DNA from: Pirellulales bacterium
Lineage (GTDB): Bacteria; Planctomycetota; Planctomycetia; Pirellulales; JACPPG01
Assembly: GCA_036490175.1 (NCBI GenBank)
Contig: DASXEJ010000088.1
Location: 1 to 64,000, forward strand
Direction of reading: 5' to 3'
Length of the DNA: 64,000 bases
Part shown: positions 22,660-32,035 of the stretch, piece by piece
How positions within the stretch are numbered: position 1 is the stretch's first letter
Layout of the letters: each line of letters starts with the position of its first letter
Made by a program: the position numbers and the translations under genes
Notes under the pieces: model-generated
The model's input: the letters and a program-made list of their open reading frames with translations, nothing else
The model's database searches: none
Told to the model about the DNA's origin: nothing

Positions 22660-25600
22660 GTCTCTCGACTCCGTTCATCTATCGCCCGATCGGCACGACC
22701 TTGATCACCGTGGCGATCACGCTGGTCGGAGCCCTGGGATATTTTCTGCTGCCTGTTTCGCCACTGCCGCAGGTCGAATTCCCCACGATCCAAGTGAATG
22801 CATCGCTTCCCGGTGCCAGCCCCGAGACGATGGGTTCGGCGGTTGCTACTCCGCTTGAGCGGCAATTCGGTCGTATCGCCGGTGTAACCGAGATGACGTC
22901 GATGAGCTTCTTGGGCTCGACTTCGATCACGATGCAATTCGATCTGAATCGGAACATCGACGCGGCAGCTCGCGATGTCCAGGCCGCCATCAATGCCGCC
23001 AGAAGTCAGTTACCTGCCAATCTGCCCAGCAACCCTACTTATCGCAAGGTGAACCCGGCCGATGCGCCGGTGATGATATTGGCGTTGACGTCAGATACCT
23101 ACGAGAAGGCCCGTATATATGACGCAGCCTCGACGATCCTGCAGCAAAAGTTGTCGCAGGTGCGCGGGGTCGGGCAAGTGATCGTCGGCGGTGGCGCACC
23201 ACCGGCGGTCCGCGTCGACGTGAATCCTACCTCATTGAACCATTTGGGATTGGTCCTGGAAGATGTGCGTACCGTACTGGGCACGGCCAACGCCAATCGC
23301 CCCAAGGGTCACATCGCGGATGACGATCGAGCCTGGTCGATCACGACCACGGATCAGCTTCTGAAAGCCGACGAATACCGCCCCCTGATCGTGGCCTATC
23401 GCAACGGCGCACCCATTCGACTCCAGGATATCGCCACCGTTACGGACGGGGTCGAAGACATCTTTGCGAAGGGGCTCTCTGACGGCAAGCCGGCGGTGCA
23501 GATCATCATCTTTCGCCAGCCGAACGCCAATATTATTCAGACTGTCGACCGTGTGCGTGCACTGCTGCCGCGACTGCAGGCCGAAATTCCCGCCGGCATC
23601 GAATTGGCCGTGGCGCTCGATCGCACGACGACGATTCGCGCCTCGGTCGAGGATGTGCAGTTTACGCTCGTGATTTCGATCGGCCTGGTGATCCTGGTTG
23701 TGTTTTTGTTCCTGCGCGATTTGCGCGCGACCTTCATTCCCAGCATCGTCGTCCCCGTGTCGCTGATCGGCACATTCGGCGTCATGTATTTGATGGACTA
23801 CAGCCTCGATAATCTGTCGCTCATGGCACTTACCGTCGCGACGGGCTTCGTCGTGGATGACGCCATCGTGGTGATCGAGAACATTAATCGACATCTCGAA
23901 GAAGGGATGAAACCACTCGCTGCCGCCCTGCACGGCGCACAGGAAATCGGCTTTACCGTACTCTCGATCAGCGTCTCGCTTGTTGCGGTATTCATACCGA
24001 TCTTGCTCATGGGAGGAATCGTCGGGCGCTTGTTCCGTGAGTTCGCCGTGACACTGTCTGTCGCCATCGCAGTCTCGATGTTGATCTCGCTGACGACGAC
24101 GCCAATGATGTGTGCCACGTTGCTAAAAAGCCATGGCAAAGATAGTCATGGCTGGTTCTATCGGGTGAGCGAATGGTTTTTTGATGTCGTTTTGCGGGCC
24201 TACGAAATCACGCTCGGATTCGTCTTGCGCCATCAGCGGATTACAATGCTGGTCACGCTGCTGACGCTGGCTTTTACCGTTTACCTGTACGTCATCATCC
24301 CCAAGGGTTTTTTTCCTCAGCAAGACACCGGGCGTCTGAGTGGTTCGATCGTGGCCGATCAAAACACGTCGTATCAGGCGATGGAGCACCTGTTGACGCG
24401 ATTCGCCAGCACCGTCAGCGAGGATCCGGCCGTCGAGGGCGTTATCGCCTTCACCGGCGGTCAAGGCGGAACGGCCAACGCCGGACGCATGTTCGTCAGT
24501 CTGAAGGCGCTGGAAGAGCGAAAGATGTCCGCGGACGAGGTGATCGGAAGATTGCGTGGAAAGCTGGCCCGTATTCCAGGGGGCACCCTGTTTCTACAAG
24601 CCGTGCAGGACCTTCGCATCGGCGGTCGATCCAGCAGTTCGCAGTACCAGTTCACCCTGCAGGGTGACAACCTGGACGACCTGGTCGAATGCGGTCCTGT
24701 CGTGCTGCGCGAGATTCGCAAGCTATCGACCGTGGTTGACGTCAGCACCGATCAACAGAATCGCGGATTGCAAGCATCGCTCGACATCGATCGACTGATG
24801 GCGGCGCGGCTGGGCATTACGCAGCAATCGATCGACGACACGCTGTACGATGCATTTGGGCAGCGAATGGTGTCGACGATGTACATGCCACTCAACCAAT
24901 ATCACGTCGTGATGGAGGTCGACCCCGGTTTTCGTCAGGATCCTACAGGCCTGAAGCACATCTATGTCGCCGGCGCCATGCAAGCGGAAGTTCCGCTTAG
25001 CGAGTTTTCCAAGTCCTCGACCAAGACCACAGCCTTGGCCGTCACGCATTCCGGCTTTTTCCCCTCGGTCACGATCTCGTTCAACTTGGCGCCGGGAGCT
25101 TCACTAGGTGAAGCGGTCGAACAAATCCAGGACGTGCAGCGCGAGCTGGCGCTGCCCGCCACGATCCGCAGCAGCTTTTCCGGTGCCGCCCAGGCGTTTC
25201 AGGCCTCGTTGCGAAACGAGCCGATTCTGATTCTCGCGGCCTTGGTCACGGTGTACATCGTCTTGGGAATACTCTACGAGAGCTTCATTCACCCGATAAC
25301 GATTCTGTCGACGCTCCCTTCGGCCGGCGTAGGCGCGCTACTCGCGCTGATGCTCTGCCGGACGGAATTGAACGTGATGGGCTTGATTGGCATCATTTTG
25401 CTGATCGGCATCGTCAAGAAAAACGCGATCATGATGATCGATTTCGCGCTCGAAGCGGAGCGCAAGGATGGCACGCCTCCGGACGAGGCCATATTCCAGG
25501 CTTGCATCCTGCGATTTCGCCCGATCATCATGACGACCATGGCCGCTCTATTGGGCGGTCTCCCCTTGGCCCTGGGAACGGGCAATGGAGCCGAGTTACG

Positions 25601-25766
25601 GCGGCCGCTGGGCATCGCCATCGTCGGAGGCTTGATCTTCAGCCAGGTTTTGACGCTCTACACGACACCGGTTGTGTATCTGTACCTCGACCAATTCCGC
25701 CTATGGTGTGCACAATGGCGGCGACGCGCGCCGCATGCCGCAGTCGAGGAACTCGTCGAAGTGTAG
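22650..25766 (+). CDS. RND efflux permease, MdtC-like (subunit 2), 1038 aa
   Basis: Starts [47 protein letters not shown], and is paralogous to the preceding gene. Its start overlaps the upstream stop. Confidence 0.9.
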   Translation: MDMSLSTPFIYRPIGTTLITVAITLVGALGYFLLPVSPLPQVEFPTIQVNASLPGASPETMGSAVATPLERQFGRIAGVTEMTSMSFLGSTSITMQFDLNRNIDAAARDVQAAINAARSQLPANLPSNPTYRKVNPADAPVMILALTSDTYEKARIYDAASTILQQKLSQVRGVGQVIVGGGAPPAVRVDVNPTSLNHLGLVLEDVRTVLGTANANRPKGHIADDDRAWSITTTDQLLKADEYRPLIVAYRNGAPIRLQDIATVTDGVEDIFAKGLSDGKPAVQIIIFRQPNANIIQTVDRVRALLPRLQAEIPAGIELAVALDRTTTIRASVEDVQFTLVISIGLVILVVFLFLRDLRATFIPSIVVPVSLIGTFGVMYLMDYSLDNLSLMALTVATGFVVDDAIVVIENINRHLEEGMKPLAAALHGAQEIGFTVLSISVSLVAVFIPILLMGGIVGRLFREFAVTLSVAIAVSMLISLTTTPMMCATLLKSHGKDSHGWFYRVSEWFFDVVLRAYEITLGFVLRHQRITMLVTLLTLAFTVYLYVIIPKGFFPQQDTGRLSGSIVADQNTSYQAMEHLLTRFASTVSEDPAVEGVIAFTGGQGGTANAGRMFVSLKALEERKMSADEVIGRLRGKLARIPGGTLFLQAVQDLRIGGRSSSSQYQFTLQGDNLDDLVECGPVVLREIRKLSTVVDVSTDQQNRGLQASLDIDRLMAARLGITQQSIDDTLYDAFGQRMVSTMYMPLNQYHVVMEVDPGFRQDPTGLKHIYVAGAMQAEVPLSEFSKSSTKTTALAVTHSGFFPSVTISFNLAPGASLGEAVEQIQDVQRELALPATIRSSFSGAAQAFQASLRNEPILILAALVTVYIVLGILYESFIHPITILSTLPSAGVGALLALMLCRTELNVMGLIGIILLIGIVKKNAIMMIDFALEAERKDGTPPDEAIFQACILRFRPIIMTTMAALLGGLPLALGTGNGAELRRPLGIAIVGGLIFSQVLTLYTTPVVYLYLDQFRLWCAQWRRRAPHAAVEELVEV

Positions 25767-25932
25767 CACCGGCCTGGCGGCAATGGATAGATTTTGCCCT
25801 TTAGGCCAGACTAAACGCTGCCAGACGCCTTGATAAGTCCCGGTCCACATTCGTATACTGGCGGGTCTTGGCCGGGCCCGCAACCGTGTGAGTGGGCCGT
25901 GCGTTGCTATTTGCGAGTCGGAGAGATTTGCC

Positions 25933-26253
25933 ATGACGATGGATAAGAGTTTGCGGATTCAGCTCGGCCTGGTCCGTGCCCGCGGGGTGCTCACACGCGG
26001 CGAACGAATCACGAAGCTGCAAGAGGGGGACCGCTGGGCCGACGGACGCAGCCCACTCGGCCTGCCCAAGGTGCGCGTGCTGAAGCTCTCGATGAAAAAG
26101 AAAAAGAAAGCCAAGGAAGAGGGTGCCGACGCAGCTGCACCAGGTGCGGCTGCTGCTGCGCCAGCCGCCGGTGGCAAGGCCCCCGCAGGCGGAAAGGCCC
26201 CAGCCGCAGCCGCTGCCAAAGCACCGGCCAAGGGCGCCGCAGGCAAGAAGTAA
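25933..26253 (+). CDS. Small basic protein: ~55-aa N-terminal domain plus a Lys/Ala/Pro-rich C-terminal tail reminiscent of histone H1/AlgP tails
   Basis: GGAGAG lies 9 nt upstream of the ATG. The tail reads KKKKKAKEEGADAAAPGAAAAAPAAGGKAPAGGKAPAAAAAKAPAKGAAGKK. Confidence 0.5.
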   Translation: MTMDKSLRIQLGLVRARGVLTRGERITKLQEGDRWADGRSPLGLPKVRVLKLSMKKKKKAKEEGADAAAPGAAAAAPAAGGKAPAGGKAPAAAAAKAPAKGAAGKK

Positions 26254-26361
26254 GGCATTCCTCGGGCGTCTTTCCCATCCGTACTCTGCCGCGCGCTGGC
26301 GGTACAATAACGGGTCGGTCTACGGCCTACCGCGCCGCAACAACATCCAGGCAATCCTCGC

Positions 26362-27639
26362 ATGCGCGTCACGCTTGAATATGGCAAGACTGGGCTGGCC
26401 GTTGAATTGCCGGCGGACCGTGTCGTTCGCTCCTTAGGGTACAAGAACGCTCCGCCGCTCGCCGATCCGGCAGGCGAATTGGCCGCCAAGCTTGCTGCGC
26501 CGACCGGGACGCCCCCTTTGCCAGAGCTCGCACGCGGTCGCACAAGCGCCTGTGTCGTAATCAGTGACATCACGCGCCCCGTGCCGAACCGCCTGATCCT
26601 ATCGCAAGTTCTGCCGATTTTGGAAGCCGCCGGTATACCGCGCGAAAAGATCACCATCCTAGTCGCCACCGGGCTGCACCGCCCGAACGAAGGCGCCGAA
26701 CTGGTCGAAATGGTTGGCCAAGATATTGTGGATCGCTATCGGATTGAGAATCATCACGGTACGGTACTGGCCGAGCACACGTACTTGGGAGATAGCCCTC
26801 GCGGTGTACCGATCTGGATCGACTCGCGCTACGTCGAGGCGGATCTAAAGATCACTACCGGCTTGATCGAACCACATCTGATGGCGGGCTTCTCTGGCGG
26901 TCGTAAGCTGATCTGCCCAGGCATCGCGGCACTGGAAACCGTCAAGGTCTGGCACGGGCCGACTTTCCTCGAGCACCCCAAGGCCGATTGTGGCATTCTT
27001 GATGGCAACCCTGTTCACGAAGAGAACACCTGGATCGGCCGCCACACGGGCTGCGATTTTATCGTCAATTCCGTGATCGATACGGAGCGCCGCCCACTGG
27101 CGCTCGTCGCAGGCGACATGGAACAAGCCTTCCTCGAAGGAGTGGCATTCGTCCGCAAAGTCGTCGTCGACACTGTGCCGGAACCGGTCGACGTGGTCGT
27201 CACAAGTTCGGCCGGCTACCCGCTCGACACTACTTTTTACCAGGCAGTGAAGGGACTGACGGGAGCCCTGCCGATCGTCAAGCAAGGAGGCACGATCGTG
27301 CTGGCGGCGAGCCTTTCCGAAGGAATTGGCAGTCCCGAATTTCAGCGGCTGTTTGACGAAAACCCCAGCCTGGACGTTTTCGTCGAACGGATCTTGGGGA
27401 AGGACTATTTCGTGATGGATCAGTGGCAGCTCGAAGAACTGGCCAAGGTCTGCCGCAAAGCACGTGTCAAGATCGTCAGCCATGGCCTGCCGGCCGCGAC
27501 GATCAATCGCCTCTTTGTCGAAAGTGCGCCAAGCGTCGAGGCTGCCGTCGCGGAATCGCTGGCCGAGTACGGTCCGAACGCGACCTTGGCCGTGATCCCC
27601 AAGGGGCCCTACGTGTTGGCGCAAGTTGCGACGGATTAA
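26362..27639 (+). CDS. LarA-family protein (nickel-pincer-nucleotide-dependent lactate racemase-like; DUF2088 N-terminal domain)
   Basis: VISDITRP motif and the GGRK motif ([14 protein letters not shown]), which in LarA carries the NPN-tethering lysine. Conserved His residues (GLHRP, ENHHGT) are present. Confidence 0.75.
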   Translation: MRVTLEYGKTGLAVELPADRVVRSLGYKNAPPLADPAGELAAKLAAPTGTPPLPELARGRTSACVVISDITRPVPNRLILSQVLPILEAAGIPREKITILVATGLHRPNEGAELVEMVGQDIVDRYRIENHHGTVLAEHTYLGDSPRGVPIWIDSRYVEADLKITTGLIEPHLMAGFSGGRKLICPGIAALETVKVWHGPTFLEHPKADCGILDGNPVHEENTWIGRHTGCDFIVNSVIDTERRPLALVAGDMEQAFLEGVAFVRKVVVDTVPEPVDVVVTSSAGYPLDTTFYQAVKGLTGALPIVKQGGTIVLAASLSEGIGSPEFQRLFDENPSLDVFVERILGKDYFVMDQWQLEELAKVCRKARVKIVSHGLPAATINRLFVESAPSVEAAVAESLAEYGPNATLAVIPKGPYVLAQVATD

Positions 27640-27693
27640 ACGCCTGACACCGGCGGTACGTCGAAGTCAGTTATCCAGCCTGCTGGTTAAGGT

Positions 27694-28347
27694 ATGAGCG
27701 AACGCCTGCTGCCGCCACGATTCCTGTTTCGCTTTTCGGCGCCGTGCCATCATCACGAGCCGCTTTGGTCGGCCGCTGGCGCACAACTTGGCCCTCAGCA
27801 TCGGCTGCCCAGCATTGCCGACTTGGACGACAGCCCCACGTTCGCCGAGGTGCGGGCCGGCTGGAGCGCCGCGGGCCTGGCGTTTTTCGTGCAGGTGTCT
27901 GGCAAACGCCGCCCACCGTGGTGTCGCGAGTCGCGGCCCGACGAGAGCGATGGTTTACGCATCTGGATCGACACCCGCGACACGCACAACATCCATCGAG
28001 CGAGCCGTTTCTGCCACCAGTTCATCTTCATGCCGTCCGGCAGCGGGCGCAATCTGGCCGACCCCTACGGCGAGTTGTACTTCATTAATCGCGCACGAGA
28101 AAATCCCAAAGCCATCCGCCCCGAAGCACTCAAATCGCGCAGCGAGAAACGGGTCGATGGCTACCTCCTCGAGGCCTTCATTCCGGCGGCCACCCTAACG
28201 GGCTGGGACCCAGCCGAACATCCGAAATTGGGCTTCAATTACGCCGTAATCGACCAAGAACTCGGCGAGCAATCGTTCAGCTGCGGCAGGGAGTTTCCTT
28301 ACCGCGACGATCCCAGTGTGTGGGGAACGCTGGAACTGGCGAAATGA
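27694..28347 (+). CDS. Hypothetical protein, possibly with a carbohydrate-binding (CBM9/DOMON-like) fold
   Basis: Non-repetitive ORF of 217 aa with ordinary codon usage, e.g. LRIWIDTRDTHN...LGFNYAVIDQE. The functional guess is weak and the start is uncertain. Confidence 0.45.
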   Translation: MSERLLPPRFLFRFSAPCHHHEPLWSAAGAQLGPQHRLPSIADLDDSPTFAEVRAGWSAAGLAFFVQVSGKRRPPWCRESRPDESDGLRIWIDTRDTHNIHRASRFCHQFIFMPSGSGRNLADPYGELYFINRARENPKAIRPEALKSRSEKRVDGYLLEAFIPAATLTGWDPAEHPKLGFNYAVIDQELGEQSFSCGREFPYRDDPSVWGTLELAK

Positions 28348-28386
28348 TCGAAGCCCGTGAGGAAGCGCGCAATCAGCGGTAGCGGA

Positions 28387-28635
28387 CTACGACGATTCGT
28401 CCCCTTTGATGATTCCCAGCACCTGTCCGACATGCACTTCGTCCTCTTCGGCCACGAGCGTCTCGATGAGCGTTCCGCTGGCAGGTGCCGGTAGGTCGAC
28501 TGTCACGCTATCGGCGGCTAACTCGACTATCCGGTCCCCTTCCGTGACTCGGGCGCCGCGTTTGACTAACCACATACTGAGCGTAATTGGCCGAGTGCCT
28601 AATCCAAGTTCCGGCACGACAAGATTGTGGCGCAT
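28387..28635 (-). CDS. Lipoyl/biotinyl-domain-like small protein lacking the modifiable lysine
   Basis: The 82-aa sequence fits a lipoyl-domain fold (..GDRIVELAADSVTVDLPAPASGTLIETLVAEEDEVHVGQVLGII), but the position normally occupied by the lipoyl-Lys in E-x-D-K-A reads A-D-S-V. It lies immediately downstream of lipA. Confidence 0.6.
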   Translation of the reverse strand: MRHNLVVPELGLGTRPITLSMWLVKRGARVTEGDRIVELAADSVTVDLPAPASGTLIETLVAEEDEVHVGQVLGIIKGDESS

Positions 28636-28685
28636 GGCGTCGACTGCGGAGTATGCGGATCGCTGTGCTGACCGATTGCTCGCGA

Positions 28686-29615
28686 TCAGTTGGTCGCGAC
28701 TTGTCCGGCCATCTCACGGGCGTGATAGCTCGACCGCACGAATGGCCCGCTGGCTACCTGCGAGAAACCCATTCGCCGCGCGGCCAGCCCCAATTCGTCG
28801 AACTCTTCCGGCGGCACGTAACGCACCACAGGCAGATGCTCGGGCGACGGTTGCAAATACTGCCCCAATGTCAGCAGGTCACAGCCCGCGTCGAGCAGAT
28901 CGACCAAGGTGTCGAGCAATTCGTCATGCGTTTCGCCGAGTCCCAGCATCAGGCCGCTTTTGGTCTTGATCGATGGATCGAGTCGCTTGACGCGCGCCAG
29001 CAGTTCGAGCGTCCAGCGGTAGTCGCTTTTGCGGCCACGTACGTCGCGGTACAGCCGCGGCACGGTCTCGGTATTGTGATTGAACACCTCGGGCCGACTG
29101 CTTACGACTCGCTCAATGGCCCCAGACTTGCCGAGAAAATCGGGCGTCAAAACCTCCACCGCCGCCCCCGTGCGCTCGCGAACCGCCAGCACGCAGCGAT
29201 AAAAATGTTCGGCTCCGCCGTCGGCCAGATCATCGCGCGTTACCGACGTAATCACCACGTGTGCCAAACCAAGTCTTGCGGCCGCCTCGGCCACCCGCTC
29301 GGGCTCATCATCCACGATCCCCAGCGTTTTTCCCTTCGCGACGGAGCAAAATCCGCATGGCCGGGTGCAGACGTTTCCCAGGATCATGAACGTGGCCGTC
29401 TTCTGCGAATAGCACTCCATGCGATTGGGGCACTTGGCGTTATCGCAAACGGTCTCTAACCGTAATTCTTCGAGTAGTCTCGCTGTGAAATGGTTAGCGT
29501 TCCCTTTGGGAACGTTACGTTTCAACCACGGCGGTAAGCGCGGACCCGCCGCATCAGGACCCAGATCCGACGGCGTGATGATCGGCAGGTTAACTAGCGC
29601 GGGCGGATGTGCCAT
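28686..29615 (-). CDS. lipA: Lipoyl synthase
   Basis: Auxiliary-cluster motif CDNAKCPNRMEC and radical-SAM motif CTRPCGFC. The ORF is full length. Confidence 0.9.
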   Translation of the reverse strand: MAHPPALVNLPIITPSDLGPDAAGPRLPPWLKRNVPKGNANHFTARLLEELRLETVCDNAKCPNRMECYSQKTATFMILGNVCTRPCGFCSVAKGKTLGIVDDEPERVAEAAARLGLAHVVITSVTRDDLADGGAEHFYRCVLAVRERTGAAVEVLTPDFLGKSGAIERVVSSRPEVFNHNTETVPRLYRDVRGRKSDYRWTLELLARVKRLDPSIKTKSGLMLGLGETHDELLDTLVDLLDAGCDLLTLGQYLQPSPEHLPVVRYVPPEEFDELGLAARRMGFSQVASGPFVRSSYHAREMAGQVATN

Positions 29616-30339
29616 GTCGTGTACGAGCGTGCGCCAACAGCGCGTGCCCGGTATGAAGGTGATAACGTGGACAGTCGAAGGCCTCGGCCAAATGCCGCAC
29701 CAATCCTTCGCGAACCCGGGACATTTTAACAGGCTGTTGTCGCTCGATCGCCAATGAACTCATCGCGACGGGCTTCAACGCGCCATGCTGCACCGCCGAA
29801 AGGATTCGCCGCGAAGGAGATACGTTCACATAAGCGCCGTAATACGTAGTCCAATTCTTCACGGCCACTCCCACCGCGACAATCTGACCTGTCCGTCCCC
29901 ACATGCCCAGTTGTCCGTCGGGGGCTTGTCCCTGAAAGCCTACCTCGGACAACGCCGCCGCGATGCCCTGCTGCAAGCGGTCGAGAAATCCGCCCACGTT
30001 CCACCCGCAGGCCGCCAAGGGAACGATCGGGTAAATCGCCAATTGACCGGGGGCATGAACCAATGAGCCGCCACCACGATTCACCCAGCGGACGGTCAAT
30101 CCTTCGCTGGCCAACGTGCGCGGGCTGTAACGAATGTCGATCCGCGAACCATGGCGCCCCATCGTGATGGCGGGCGGATGTTCGCAAATGAGTAGCGAGA
30201 TGTGCCCATCGCGGCGGGCTTCGGTTTCGTACACCAGCCGCTGCTGCAATGCCAGGCAGGTGTCGAAGTCGACCGAGCCTAACAGGTAGGCAGCCAAGGC
30301 TGGCACGGCGGAAACCGGTTGGCGATCAGCAGGTGTCAT
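29590..30339 (-). CDS. lipB: Octanoyltransferase (lipoyl(octanoyl) transferase)
   Basis: LipB-like sequence (LLICEHPPAITMGRHG ... RGGGSLVHAPGQLAIYPIV ... conserved K in AVGVAVKNWTTYYG). It overlaps the lipA start by 26 nt. Confidence 0.8.
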   Translation of the reverse strand: MTPADRQPVSAVPALAAYLLGSVDFDTCLALQQRLVYETEARRDGHISLLICEHPPAITMGRHGSRIDIRYSPRTLASEGLTVRWVNRGGGSLVHAPGQLAIYPIVPLAACGWNVGGFLDRLQQGIAAALSEVGFQGQAPDGQLGMWGRTGQIVAVGVAVKNWTTYYGAYVNVSPSRRILSAVQHGALKPVAMSSLAIERQQPVKMSRVREGLVRHLAEAFDCPRYHLHTGHALLAHARTRHGTSARAS

Positions 30340-30619
30340 GGGGGACGCAGCGCGCTAGCCGAGAAACCTATGCGTCAAACGACAATTGCGCGACCTCCGT
30401 CACGACTTGAGTCCCGTTTTGCCAGAGAGTAAAAGGAACTTGCGTATCCGCCGGTCGGCATCTTGGCTACTCTAACACCGGACGCGCACCTGTAAAAGAC
30501 GGAACGACTGGCCAGGCCTTACAGGGACAGACAACCTTAAGGGGACACCGGTTTCGTAACGCGTGCGGCACACCGCAGATCGCAGTCGTCCTACTGACTG
30601 CAAAACAGTTCGCTACCTC

Positions 30620-31105
30620 ATGTCAAAGCAAAAACCGACCACCGATCGCGAGCACGACAACGAGCGGGTTGTCAGCCAGAACCGCTCGGCTCGCCACGAG
30701 TATGAGGTGATCGATACGCTGGAATGCGGCATCATGCTGGTCGGAAGCGAGGTGAAGAGCCTGCGCACGGGCCATATTTCGCTGGATGAAGCATACGCGC
30801 GCGTGAAAAACGAGGAAGTCTGGCTCGTCGGCTGCGACATCCCCGAATATGTGCAGGCCAATCAATTTAATCATGAACCTCGTCGTCCGCGCAAGCTGCT
30901 ACTGCACCGTCGCGAGATCAAAAAATTCGCCGGCAAGGCCTACGAAACCGGACTAACCCTGGTCCCCTTGAAGATGTATTTCAAAAAGGGAAAGGCCAAG
31001 CTACTACTGGGGATCTGCCGTGGCCGCAAGCTGCACGACAAACGCGAAAAGCTCAAAAAACAGTCCGTGCAACGCGACATTCAGCGCGCATTGCGCGGTC
31101 GCTAA
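30620..31105 (+). CDS. smpB: SsrA-binding protein
   Basis: The translation (VVSQNRSARHEYEVIDTLECGIMLVGSEVKSLRTG ... LLLHRREIKKF ... LVPLKMYFKKGKAKLLLGICRGRKLHDKRE) matches SmpB throughout. Confidence 0.9.
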   Translation: MSKQKPTTDREHDNERVVSQNRSARHEYEVIDTLECGIMLVGSEVKSLRTGHISLDEAYARVKNEEVWLVGCDIPEYVQANQFNHEPRRPRKLLLHRREIKKFAGKAYETGLTLVPLKMYFKKGKAKLLLGICRGRKLHDKREKLKKQSVQRDIQRALRGR

Positions 31106-31363
31106 GGGTAAGGCTGTGCTCCGGACGGTGATCTGAATCCCCGGTGCCACGATTTCACTCCTATTGCTCACGGGGCGAACTCGATTCGGGTCGGCCTCGT
31201 AAGTACAACCGTGTATCCGCGCGCACGATGCCGACACTGGCTGAGTTCGGGCCGGCAAACTCAGCTTGTCGGATCGAGGTAACATGTTATCTTCAAAGAC
31301 CTTGTTTCGATCTGACCGACGCGACGTACAGTCTCAGCACTAGGCGAAAAACGAGTTTCCGGC

Positions 31364-32035
31364 ATGCTGCAAGTCAAAGATCTCAAAAAGTCGTTCCCCC
31401 AGCCCGACGGCACGCGGCTGCCGATTTTGGACATTCCCGAGTTCAGTGTCGCCGCGGGTGAGCAAATGGCCCTGATGGGGCGTAGCGGCTGCGGCAAGAC
31501 GACATTGCTGCACATCATCGCCGGCATAAGCCGCCCCGACTCGGGACTGGTTCAATTGGGCGGCTGTGACATTCATCGCCTTTCGGAACATGGCCGGGAC
31601 CGTTTTCGGGCCGACAACATCGGCTACGTCTTCCAAACCTTCAACCTTTTGCCCGGCTTCTCGGCCTTGGAAAACGTCCTTTTGGGCATGAGCTTTACCG
31701 GTGGCCGAGTGGACGAACCCCGTGCCCGATTGCTGCTTTCCCACGTCGGTCTCGCACATCGGCTGACGCACAAGCCGGCCATGCTGTCGGTCGGGGAACA
31801 GCAGCGCGTGGCCGTGGCCCGGGCGATGGCCAATCGGCCGAAGCTGCTGCTGGCCGACGAGCCCACCGCAAACGTCGATACTCGCCATCAACAACAAGTG
31901 ATCGATCTAATACGCACTTCGTGTACCGAGGAAAACGTAGCACTGGTGCTGGTCACGCACACTCCCGAAGTGAGCGAGCAATTCGCGCGTGTGGACCATC
32001 TCGATCAACTCAACCAGGCCGTGGTGACAGCATGA
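31364..32035 (+). CDS. ABC transporter ATP-binding protein (MacB/LolD/FtsE-like, type VII ABC)
   Basis: Walker A (GRSGCGKTT), signature (LSVGEQQRVAVARA) and Walker B (LLLADEPT). The stop overlaps the start of the permease gene (ATGA). Confidence 0.9.
   Translation: MLQVKDLKKSFPQPDGTRLPILDIPEFSVAAGEQMALMGRSGCGKTTLLHIIAGISRPDSGLVQLGGCDIHRLSEHGRDRFRADNIGYVFQTFNLLPGFSALENVLLGMSFTGGRVDEPRARLLLSHVGLAHRLTHKPAMLSVGEQQRVAVARAMANRPKLLLADEPTANVDTRHQQQVIDLIRTSCTEENVALVLVTHTPEVSEQFARVDHLDQLNQAVVTA

Noticed and set aside
31150-31363. Possible tmRNA (ssrA) downstream of smpB. The segment GGGGCGAACTCGATTCGGGTCGGCCTCGTAA loosely resembles the tmRNA 5' end and PK1 region (GGGGCUGAUUCUGGAUUCGACGGG...GGCCUCGUAA)
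   Set aside because: No tRNA-like T-arm (GGTTCGAATCC-type) or matching 3' acceptor strand (complement plus ACCA) is present. Only ~200 nt remain before the well-supported ABC ATPase start at 31364, too short for a ~350-nt tmRNA. The resemblance is probably coincidental; an Infernal scan would settle it.
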